DNA from: Deltaproteobacteria bacterium RBG_13_49_15
Lineage (GTDB): Bacteria; Desulfobacterota; Desulfobacteria; Desulfobacterales; UBA2156
NCBI GenBank assembly: GCA_001797695.1
Contig: MGQD01000056.1
Coordinates: 1-29,507, forward strand
Direction: 5' to 3'
DNA length: 29,507 nt
How positions within the stretch are numbered: position 1 is the stretch's first letter; each line of letters begins with the position of its first letter. Positions 1 to 7,690 of the stretch are shown in pieces. The position numbers and the translations under genes are program-made. The notes under the pieces are model-generated. The model saw only the letters and a list, made by a program, of their open reading frames with translations, made no database searches and was not told where the DNA came from.

Positions 1-2
1 TT

Positions 3-251
3 GTATTGCTTCTTTTCATGTGGATCGTGATCGCCCGGGCCGTATTGTCCTGGGTGAATCCGGATCCGTTTAACCCGATTGTCCGATTTATCCACAATAT
101 AACCGAACCGGTCCTTTATCCCATACGGTCCAGGCTCCCGGTCGGATTCGGCGGGTTTGACCTTTCCCCCATCGTTGTTTTTTTATGCGTTATTTTCCTT
201 CGAACGTTTATTGTGGAAAGCCTCAGGCGGCTTTCCACGTCCCTGTTATGA
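3..251 (+). CDS. yggT: YggT family membrane protein (5'-truncated by window edge)
   Basis: RAVLSWVNPDPFNPIVRFIHNITEPVLYPIR...DLSPIV is the YggT signature; the frame is open to the left edge. Confidence 0.9.
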   Translation, partial: VLLLFMWIVIARAVLSWVNPDPFNPIVRFIHNITEPVLYPIRSRLPVGFGGFDLSPIVVFLCVIFLRTFIVESLRRLSTSLL

Positions 252-383
252 ACGGAACCCCGTCATTTTGGACGACACATGATAATTACCTTCCTTGAAA
301 TCGAACAAAAACGGTTCAGGGATAAAACCATTTATATAATCCCTGTACGTCAACAGGTAAAAAAAATCATTGAGGGATGATTT

Positions 384-1466
384 ATGGCGAAAATTGATGC
401 TTTTTTCAAATTGATGCATGAGCAGGGGGCTTCGGATCTTCACCTCATATCTGGTCAGCAACCGATTATTCGGATCCGGGGAGACCTTGAACGGATCAAA
501 TATAAAGTGCTCGATAGTGACGATGTGAGGAGCATGCTATATGAAATCACCCCCGAGGAAAAGGTGAAAGTGTTTGAAGAAACAGGTGATGTGGATTTCG
601 CATATGAAATTCCTGGCCTTGCCCGGTACAGGGCGAATTATTTTATGCAGAAAAACGGCATCGGAGCGGTTTTCAGGGAAATTCCAAGCGTCATCATGAC
701 GCCGGAACAGCTTGGGCTTCCCCCCGTCATCTCAAAGCTCGCCCTTCTTCCAAGAGGACTGGTCATCATTACCGGGCCGACAGGATGCGGAAAATCGACC
801 ACGCTTGCCGCGATAGTCGATAAAGCCAACCAGATGCGCAAGGACCACATCATCACCGTCGAGGATCCGATCGAATTTGTTCATACGAGCCAGAACTGTG
901 TCATTAACCACAGGGAGGTCGGCATTCATACCAAATCGTTCCAAGCCGCCTTGAAAGGGGCATTGCGCGAGGATCCGGATATCATTATGGTCGGAGAAAT
1001 GCGGGATCTGGAAACCATTTCGTTGGCCATCGAGGCGGCATCCACCGGACACCTCGTCTTTGCAACGCTTCATACCACGAGTGCCGCCAAGACAGTGGAC
1101 CGGATTATCGAAGTTTTTCCTTCCCATCAGCAGCCGCAGATCCGTTCGACTTTGGCGGATGGCATTCGGGCTATCATCGCACAGGTCCTTTTCAAACGGA
1201 TCGATCGGAAGGCCCGATGCGTAGCCCTGGAGATCTTAATCGCCACACCGGCGGTTCGAAACCTGATCCGGGAAGCCAAAACCTACCAGATCCCCTCCAT
1301 GATGCAAACCGGAAAGAAATACGGGATGCAGCTCCTAGACGATGCTATTATGGATCTCTACAGCAAAGGGTGGATCAGTGCGGACGAGGCGTACACGAAA
1401 GCCAATGATAAAGCGAGATTCAGACCGTACATCAAGGAGGCGCCGGCTGATTTCACGGAGGTATAA
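384..1466 (+). CDS. pilT: Type IV pilus retraction ATPase PilT
   Basis: GASDLHL N-terminus, Walker A GPTGCGKST, Asp box TVEDPIE, Walker B IMVGEMRD, His box TLHT, AVRNLIRE (AIRNLIRE-type) motif. Confidence 0.95.
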   Translation: MAKIDAFFKLMHEQGASDLHLISGQQPIIRIRGDLERIKYKVLDSDDVRSMLYEITPEEKVKVFEETGDVDFAYEIPGLARYRANYFMQKNGIGAVFREIPSVIMTPEQLGLPPVISKLALLPRGLVIITGPTGCGKSTTLAAIVDKANQMRKDHIITVEDPIEFVHTSQNCVINHREVGIHTKSFQAALKGALREDPDIIMVGEMRDLETISLAIEAASTGHLVFATLHTTSAAKTVDRIIEVFPSHQQPQIRSTLADGIRAIIAQVLFKRIDRKARCVALEILIATPAVRNLIREAKTYQIPSMMQTGKKYGMQLLDDAIMDLYSKGWISADEAYTKANDKARFRPYIKEAPADFTEV

Positions 1467-1488
1467 CCCGAATTGAAAAGGGGTATCC

Positions 1489-2661
1489 ATGAAAAAACAG
1501 GAAATCGATTACATTCTTTCCCAGATGCTCCAATCCCATGAAGGGGTTTCGGATCTGAACTTTACGGTTGGGAAACCTCTCCAGGTTGAAACCTACGGCG
1601 AGCTGGTGCCGGTCGACATGGAGCCAAAAATTAAAAAGTTGACTCCGTATCAAACCGAAATGTTGGGGCTGAATTTAATCAACTTGGATCGCCGGCTCAC
1701 GGAAGCGCTCGCCACCCAGGGATCCTGCGATCTTTCCTATCATCTCGGAACAGAAGCTCGGTTCCGCGTGAATATTTTCTCCAGAACCGGGAATTATTCT
1801 ATTGTACTGAGGAAACTCGAATCCAAAGTTCCAACCATCAACGAACTCAAATTGCCGGACTCCTTCTATGAAATAGCAAAGGAGAAAAACGGCATCGTCA
1901 TTTTTACCGGAGCGACAGGCACCGGAAAAACGACCTCACTGGCCGCTATTCTTGAAGACGTCAATGAAAGAAAATCCGTGCACGTGGTGACCCTGGAAGA
2001 CCCCATCGAGTATCAGCACTCCCATAAAAAATCCACGTTCAACCAGCGAGAACTCGGGACCGACTTCGATACGTTTGCCCATGGGCTGAGGGCTGCTCTG
2101 CGTCAGGCGCCGAAAGTCATCCTGGTGGGAGAAATGCGGGACCGGGAAAGCGTCGAAATAGGATTAACCGCCGCTGAAACCGGGCATCTGGTCTTTACCA
2201 CTCTCCATACGGTTGATGCCGGACAGACGATCAGCCGTATTCTCGGCATGTTTACGACCGAGGAGGAGAGACAGGTTAGGATCCGCCTGTCGGAAGTGAT
2301 CCGATGGGTCGTATGTCAGCGGCTTCTTCCCAAGGTCGGAGGGGGTCGTGTAGCCGCATTTGAAATCCTTCGCTCAAATATCAGGGTCAAAGACGCCGTT
2401 CTCCACGGCGAATCGGAAGGGAAGACGTTCTACGAGATCATGCAGGCGGGAAGACCGTTCGGCATGACTACCTTTGATGACTACATCGTCAGCCTTTATG
2501 AAGCCGGGTTGGTTACGGAAGAGACGGCATTGGCTTACTCGTCAAGGAGGGGAGTGGTCGGACGCGGAATTGACTCCGTGAAAAGCTCGCGCGGAGAAGC
2601 GACGACCGATATTCAAAAGCTCGAATTGGATAAGAATTACAAAACATCCCGCTCTCAGTGA
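1489..2661 (+). CDS. pilU: PilT/PilU-family retraction ATPase (second paralog, PilU-like)
   Basis: Walker A GATGTGKTT, TLEDPIE, LVGEMRD, TLHT; lacks AIRNLIRE; directly follows pilT. Confidence 0.8.
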   Translation: MKKQEIDYILSQMLQSHEGVSDLNFTVGKPLQVETYGELVPVDMEPKIKKLTPYQTEMLGLNLINLDRRLTEALATQGSCDLSYHLGTEARFRVNIFSRTGNYSIVLRKLESKVPTINELKLPDSFYEIAKEKNGIVIFTGATGTGKTTSLAAILEDVNERKSVHVVTLEDPIEYQHSHKKSTFNQRELGTDFDTFAHGLRAALRQAPKVILVGEMRDRESVEIGLTAAETGHLVFTTLHTVDAGQTISRILGMFTTEEERQVRIRLSEVIRWVVCQRLLPKVGGGRVAAFEILRSNIRVKDAVLHGESEGKTFYEIMQAGRPFGMTTFDDYIVSLYEAGLVTEETALAYSSRRGVVGRGIDSVKSSRGEATTDIQKLELDKNYKTSRSQ

Positions 2662-2691
2662 TAGCGTCGATAAAAAAGCAAAGGAGCGCTT

Positions 2692-3333
2692 ATGGAGATC
2701 ACCTGCCCGTTATGTAAAAGCAAGTATCGGATTCCCGATAAAAAAATTGCGGATTCGGCGAATTTATCGTTTTCATGCCCGAACTGCAAAAAAAAGGTTC
2801 TTATCGATACCAAGGAGACGGCGGTGTCAGGCAGGAAAGACTCAAAAAAAGAAGCAGAGGATTATGATGTTTCGGAAAAGCCTTTCGATTTTGTCCATAC
2901 CGGAGAAAAAACGGCGCTAATCTGCATCTCGGATATCGCTCTGAAAAAGACGGCAATCGAGACCCTCCATGCGATGGGATACCATATCACCGATTCCGAG
3001 AACGGTAGGGATGCATTGCGAAGCATGTGGTATCATGTCTATCATCTGGTGGTTCTGGATGAATTTTTTGATACCGACAATCCTGATCAAAATCGCGTGC
3101 TGGCATATGTGGAAGGACTGAACATGAGCGTTCGAAGGAAAATGGTGGTGGCTTTAATCAGCCGGACGTACCGGACCATGGACCAGATGACGGCCTTTCA
3201 GAAAAGCGTGAATGTGATCTTCAATATTAAGCGTATGAAGGAACTTGAACGACTGCTTACCGTAACGATCAATGAACACAAAAGCTTTTATCGGGTATTT
3301 AACGAGCATTATAAAAAAGAAATTTCTTTCTAA
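2692..3333 (+). CDS. N-terminal zinc-ribbon (MJ0042-like) protein with C-terminal degenerate receiver-like domain
   Basis: CPLC...CPNC pairs at the N-terminus; alpha/beta C-terminal region (YHLVVLDEFF, VALIS) resembles a receiver fold; SD aaaggag upstream. Confidence 0.65.
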   Translation: MEITCPLCKSKYRIPDKKIADSANLSFSCPNCKKKVLIDTKETAVSGRKDSKKEAEDYDVSEKPFDFVHTGEKTALICISDIALKKTAIETLHAMGYHITDSENGRDALRSMWYHVYHLVVLDEFFDTDNPDQNRVLAYVEGLNMSVRRKMVVALISRTYRTMDQMTAFQKSVNVIFNIKRMKELERLLTVTINEHKSFYRVFNEHYKKEISF

Positions 3334-3420
3334 GAAATCCATAACAGCTTCTTCGGATTTGGTCCGGGAACCGGGACGTCTGCAATTTTCAATCGTACAA
3401 AACACGGGAAAGAATCGTCG

Positions 3421-4374
3421 TTGAATTTTAAGATCGATCACGTCACCAGCCACCTTTCTCTTATCACGCTGGTTCCGCCGATTGAGGGATTTGACGAATT
3501 CATCGGGGCCTGGCTGTTCCGGGGAGACGTTTCCTTTCTTGTAGATGTCGGCCCGGCATCTTCGTCGGAAGCGTTATGTGATGCGCTTGATGAAAACTCC
3601 GTCGGGCGACTCGATTTCATCTTATTGACACATATCCATCTGGATCATGCCGGCGGGATCGGCCAGGTATCAAAGCACTTCCCTGAAAGCCGGATTGTTT
3701 GCCACCCGTCGGCGATCCCTCATCTGATCGATCCAAAACACTTGTGGGAAGGAACCATCAGCGCTTTGGGAAAAATAGGCGAGGCATACGGCCCAGTTCA
3801 ACCGGTTCCCGCCCATCGCATGGTGAGCATAGAGGAATTCCGATCCGAGACGATCATTCCGATCCCGACACCGGGACATGCCGGTCACCATGTCGGTTAT
3901 CTGGTTGGGGACATCCTTTTTTCAGGAGAGGCCGGAGGCGTAATCCTTCCCATTGAAAACGATCATCCCTACATCCGACCTGCCACACCACCCCGACTTT
4001 TTTTTCAGATATTTTTAGAAAGCATCGACCGTCTAATCGAAACAGATCCGTTGAGGGTTTGCTGCGGTCATTATGGAATGTATGAAAACGGATCCGATCT
4101 TCTTAACACTCATCGAAATCAACTTTTATTCTGGGCGTCAACCATTGCAAAAATCATCAACACACGGACAAAAACGGACCCGATTCAGGCCGCTTTGGAA
4201 ATCCTGTTGGATAAGGACGAGTTGTTGCAGGGACTGTTTCAGATGGATGATCGAACTCAAAAGAGGGAGATGTTTTTCTTAAAAAACAGTATCCGTGGTT
4301 TTGTGGAATACATCAAGAGGAAACCATCAACATCTGCGCCTTTGCGGGGCCATAAACGGTTACCAGCAACATGA
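3421..4374 (+). CDS. Metallo-beta-lactamase fold hydrolase
   Basis: THIHLDHAGG (HxHxDH), TPGHAGHH, FSGEAGG, CCGHYG motifs; TTG start uncertain. Confidence 0.9.
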   Translation: MNFKIDHVTSHLSLITLVPPIEGFDEFIGAWLFRGDVSFLVDVGPASSSEALCDALDENSVGRLDFILLTHIHLDHAGGIGQVSKHFPESRIVCHPSAIPHLIDPKHLWEGTISALGKIGEAYGPVQPVPAHRMVSIEEFRSETIIPIPTPGHAGHHVGYLVGDILFSGEAGGVILPIENDHPYIRPATPPRLFFQIFLESIDRLIETDPLRVCCGHYGMYENGSDLLNTHRNQLLFWASTIAKIINTRTKTDPIQAALEILLDKDELLQGLFQMDDRTQKREMFFLKNSIRGFVEYIKRKPSTSAPLRGHKRLPAT

Positions 4375-4404
4375 GTCGAAGAAAAGAAAAGGAAAGGAAA
4401 GAAA

Positions 4405-4869
4405 ATGAAAATGGAAGTTCGGTTTTTGAAAAGAGGTTTTTTCCAGCGTCTTTTTGGTATTCCGGCCACGCCCAAATCGAAACAGCAAGCCGGCTGGAAC
4501 GTTTCTTCGGGAATGCTCATCATTGATTTGAATAAGACTCCCGAGTTGCAAAACGCGGGAAATGCGATGCGGTTTGAAGGAAAAAATCTTCCGGGACGGG
4601 TTTTGGTGATCTATGGTGAAGATAAACAGTATCGGGCCTTCGAAAATCGCTGCACACACGTCGGCCATAGAAGGCTCGATCCGGTGCCGGGAACAAGAAC
4701 CATTCAGTGCTGCAGTGTGGGAAAATCGACTTATGGTTTCGACGGGAACCCCATTTATGGTCCTGCGCCAAAGCCTATTAAAACCTATCCCGTGCAGGTC
4801 AAGGGAAATGAACTGCATGTATTTCTATTCGAACAGCTTACTGAAAGCCGAGCCTCCGGGTCGTCATGA
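4405..4869 (+). CDS. Rieske-like [2Fe-2S] domain protein with non-canonical second ligand motif
   Basis: YRAFENRCTH ... IQCCSVGKSTYGFDG ... GPAPKPIKTYPV is the Rieske ferredoxin pattern, but the second His is absent. Confidence 0.8.
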   Translation: MKMEVRFLKRGFFQRLFGIPATPKSKQQAGWNVSSGMLIIDLNKTPELQNAGNAMRFEGKNLPGRVLVIYGEDKQYRAFENRCTHVGHRRLDPVPGTRTIQCCSVGKSTYGFDGNPIYGPAPKPIKTYPVQVKGNELHVFLFEQLTESRASGSS

Positions 4870-4887
4870 AGAACTTTCTTAAAGAGC

Positions 4888-4916
4888 GGTTTCCCATTCG
4901 GCAGAAACCCCTTTTT
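4888..4916 (+). terminator. Possible intrinsic terminator after pilT-pilU-Zn ribbon-MBL-Rieske run
   Basis: ggtttc (4888-4893) and gaaacc (4904-4909) form a stem followed by cc-ttttt; the stem is short with a 10-nt loop. Confidence 0.35.
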
Positions 4917-4920
4917 CATG

Positions 4921-4949
4921 TTGACAGAATAGGCCATTGCTTTTATAAA
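4921..4949 (+). promoter_or_regulatory. sigma70-type promoter
   Basis: TTGACA (4921-4926), 17-nt spacer, TATAAA (4944-4949): near consensus. Confidence 0.7.
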
Positions 4950-4972
4950 ATATCTGACTGGCGCCCTGCCTT

Positions 4973-4995
4973 TTAATAAGCCTAAGGCTTATTAA
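4973..4995. repeat. Perfect inverted repeat with 11-bp arms
   Basis: ttaataagcct-a-aggcttattaa. Confidence 0.9.
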
Positions 4996-5041
4996 GATGG
5001 GGTCAAGGGAAGCTATCTAGAATAGACATTTTCCTTGCCGG

Positions 5042-5073
5042 GAAGCCCCGCTCTTCAGAGCGGGGAGCTTCAC
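5042..5073 (+). mobile_element. IS200/IS605-family right-end-like hairpin (non-autonomous remnant), followed by T6
   Basis: gaagccccgctc-ttca-gagcggggagcttcac resembles the GAAGCCCCG..TTCA..CGGGGAG..TCAC subterminal hairpin and terminus I recall for tnpB-carrying IS200/IS605 elements; no tnpA or tnpB nearby. Confidence 0.55.
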
Positions 5074-5174
5074 TTTTTTACTGCTTGTCTCTCCGGCAGA
5101 ACCGGCACGCGGCGCAGCCGGACACTTCTGTAAATACGAACAGGATACGGATGCCGTGGGATTAGGAGGATAAC

Positions 5175-5660
5175 ATGTCATGGTATGTCGAAGCGCTTAA
5201 GGGGAAAAGGGTTCTCATCGTTGATGATGAACCGGATATGCTCGAATCCCTTGAGGAGGTTTTGGACATGTGCCATGTAGAGAAAGCGCGCACCTACGAC
5301 ACGGCCAAGGAACTCCTCGAGAAGGAAATCTACGATGCCGCGATACTCGACATCATGGGCGTGCAGGGATATGAACTTCTCAACATCGCCGTTCAGAAAA
5401 AAATACCCGCCATTATGCTGACCGCCCATGCCTTATCTTCTGAAAATTTCATCATTTCAATGAAAGCCGGAGCCACGATTTATATTCCGAAAGATGAAAT
5501 TTTAAATATCGCGTTTTTCGTCGCTGAAGCGATCCGGCCCGCACAGGAGACAAAAGCAGGACCTCCGCGATGGTTTGCCAAGTTAAAACCCTATTTCGAC
5601 TGGAAATTCGGTCCGGGTTGGATGGATAAATACATAGATATCTGGGGAGAAGATAGATGA
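5175..5660 (+). CDS. Single-domain response regulator (receiver) with short Trp-rich C-terminal tail
   Basis: VLIVDDE, phospho-Asp in AILDIMG, MLTAHA, YIPK; SD aggagg. Confidence 0.9.
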   Translation: MSWYVEALKGKRVLIVDDEPDMLESLEEVLDMCHVEKARTYDTAKELLEKEIYDAAILDIMGVQGYELLNIAVQKKIPAIMLTAHALSSENFIISMKAGATIYIPKDEILNIAFFVAEAIRPAQETKAGPPRWFAKLKPYFDWKFGPGWMDKYIDIWGEDR

Positions 5661-5752
5661 AACGGTTTTCCCCCGATCAACTCATCGTTGGACTCATGCT
5701 TGCTGCCGTTCTTTCAGTCATCATTGCTTACCGGATTTATTATCCCATGTAG
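5657..5752 (+). CDS. Small 31-aa single-pass membrane protein (not in supplied ORF track)
   Basis: Hand translation MKRFSPDQLIVGLMLAAVLSVIIAYRIYYPM*; ATGA overlap with the response-regulator stop; ggggag SD upstream; one clean hydrophobic segment. Confidence 0.6.
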   Translation: MKRFSPDQLIVGLMLAAVLSVIIAYRIYYPM

Positions 5753-5779
5753 CGATATTCTTTGTTGTGATTATCGGCT

Positions 5780-6529
5780 CTATGCATCCATGCGGCTGAG
5801 AGCTTCTTCAATTTCACCGATGATCCGCCTGGCCGCCTCCGCCGGATTTCCGGCATCCCGGATGGGTCTTCCGATCACTACGTAATCAGCACCATCTTGA
5901 ATTGCTTGAGTCGGCGTAACGACACGGGACTGATCATCCGGCTTGATGCCGTCCCATGATGGACGTATTCCAGGCGTCACTGCAATAAAGGATTTGCCGA
6001 AGTGCTCTTTTATCATTTTCACCTCAAGACCGGAACATACCACACCGTCACACCCGGCATGCTTTGCCATAACCGCTTTTTTCAGTACAAGCCCGGAAAG
6101 ATCCGAACAAAACGGTTTAGCATACCCGCTTTGATGCAGATCCTCCGGAGAAACACTGGTCAGTATGGTGACCCCAAGGATATGGACTTTTCCTCCTCCC
6201 CCTTTGACGGCCGCCAGAAGCGATTTAACAGACTCACCGCAGTGAACGGTAGTAAAGGTGACACCGAGATCTGCAATCACCGAAACGGTGCGATAGACGG
6301 TTTCGGGAATATCGTGGAGTTTAAGATCGAGAAACACGCCGGCGCCTCCTTCGGATGCAACGGTCCGGATGATGCCCGGTCCGGACCGGATAAAGAGTTC
6401 AAGCCCGATCTTAAACATCCCGACATGGTCCGAAAGGAGTCGGACATATCGGTTTGCTTCTTCAAATGATGGGAGATCGAGCGGGAAAATTATGCGTTCT
6501 TTTGCTTGCATTGATTTGGCCAAATTCAA
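5780..6529 (-). CDS. pyrF: Orotidine-5'-phosphate decarboxylase
   Basis: IFPLD, MFKIGLELF, FLDLKLHDIPETV (DxKxxD), VTPGIRP, DQSRV, VIGRPI; true start may be the ATG at 6511. Confidence 0.95.
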   Translation of the reverse strand: MNLAKSMQAKERIIFPLDLPSFEEANRYVRLLSDHVGMFKIGLELFIRSGPGIIRTVASEGGAGVFLDLKLHDIPETVYRTVSVIADLGVTFTTVHCGESVKSLLAAVKGGGGKVHILGVTILTSVSPEDLHQSGYAKPFCSDLSGLVLKKAVMAKHAGCDGVVCSGLEVKMIKEHFGKSFIAVTPGIRPSWDGIKPDDQSRVVTPTQAIQDGADYVVIGRPIRDAGNPAEAARRIIGEIEEALSRMDA

Positions 6530-6540
6530 TCCCCTTTATT

Positions 6541-7485
6541 TCAGACCGCCTCGCCACTGGGTGCAATCAGGTTTATGGCGCCAGGTATGATGTCAATGCA
6601 GATCGGTAATGTGCCGGGCTGTTCGCCATCGATCTCTATCAGCACCTGTTCATCCGAAGCCGCTTCAAGGTGTGTTGCGGTCATGGAATAAACTTTGTCG
6701 ACCTGATAGATCCGCCCGTCATACAATTTGGAAAAATTTAAAAAAATTCCGGCCAAGGATAATTCTCCGACCACCGTGACATGCAGCAGTCCATCATCGA
6801 AACGCGCATCCGGAGCAATGTTCATCCCGCCGCCATGAAAGCAGCCGTTTGAAACCGCCACATTCCAAACCAACCAGTCTCCATTTATTCTATGGTCGGT
6901 TGTTATGCGGATCCGTTTTTTCCCATATCGCAAAACAGAAATCAGTGTGGCGAGCATAAAGGAAATCAGGGGAGAACGCTTCCACGGCATACGGCTCGCC
7001 ATTTGTGCGACCTCTCCGCCGAGTCCGAAGCTGGCGATATTTAAAAAATACCGCGTCACTCTTTGATGATATTGATCTGAAAAAACAGCCTTTCCAACAT
7101 CAATCCTGCGGACAGGGGCCTCCCTGATCAGGCGGATCGCCGCTGCGGCATTCATGGGGATGGAAGCCGATTTGACAAAATCGCAGCCGGTTCCGTTGGG
7201 GATGACTCCGAGAGTAAGATCTTCTCTGACTGATGAATCAAAGGTCATGAAGGCATTCACCACCTCGTTTAACGTCCCATCCCCTCCGACCGCAACGATG
7301 CGTCTGGCGCCTTTTCGGACGGCCGCAAGGGATGCAGTCGTTGCATCTCCAGGGTGACGGGTGATCGACGTGGAGAATGGGCCGAGCGATTTTTCAGCCA
7401 AAACCGAAACAGCATGCCATACGGATCCGGTGGATCCTCCCCCGGCATGAGGATTGACGATAAAGGCCGTCCGAGCAGAGAACAT
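6541..7485 (-). CDS. Diacylglycerol kinase family (YegS/BmrU-like) lipid kinase
   Basis: IVNPHAGGG, GGDGTLNEVVN, PNGTGCDF, GGG, IDGE motifs. Confidence 0.9.
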   Translation of the reverse strand: MFSARTAFIVNPHAGGGSTGSVWHAVSVLAEKSLGPFSTSITRHPGDATTASLAAVRKGARRIVAVGGDGTLNEVVNAFMTFDSSVREDLTLGVIPNGTGCDFVKSASIPMNAAAAIRLIREAPVRRIDVGKAVFSDQYHQRVTRYFLNIASFGLGGEVAQMASRMPWKRSPLISFMLATLISVLRYGKKRIRITTDHRINGDWLVWNVAVSNGCFHGGGMNIAPDARFDDGLLHVTVVGELSLAGIFLNFSKLYDGRIYQVDKVYSMTATHLEAASDEQVLIEIDGEQPGTLPICIDIIPGAINLIAPSGEAV

Positions 7486-7690
7486 AATTAATCATAGTGC
7501 AAAAGGGTCTTTCCATAAAGCTTTTTTTATGGGTAGCTTCCATCATTTCCCGATAAGCCGGCAAGGCCGGGGTGCAAAAGAGCCATTTCATAAATCTATT
7601 GAAATAAATCGGTTGGTGATGATATGGAGACTTCCTAAGGAATCAGAAAGATTGAGTGCCTTGCATAAAATGACCTGATCTTGGAGTTCA

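Noticed and set aside
248-298. 16-aa ATGA-overlap ORF after yggT, and the cagggat/atccctg inverted repeat at 317-345
   Set aside because: The ORF is too short and featureless; a 7-bp repeat with a 15-nt spacer is within chance expectation.
4376-4404. Near-pure purine tract (gaagaaaagaaaaggaaaggaaagaaa)
   Set aside because: No regular period; best explained as an A/G-rich ribosome-binding region for the Rieske gene.
4866-4976. ATGA-overlapping 36-aa ORF after the Rieske gene (MKNFLKERFP...)
   Set aside because: It runs through the terminator-like hairpin and the promoter, has no SD and no recognisable features.
4950-5174. Possible SRP RNA, c-di-GMP riboswitch or tRNA in the intergenic region
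   Set aside because: Diagnostic motifs were not found by eye (SRP GGAA/AGCAG loop context, GCAAA..GAAA..GCAAAG riboswitch core, cloverleaf); an Rfam scan would settle it.
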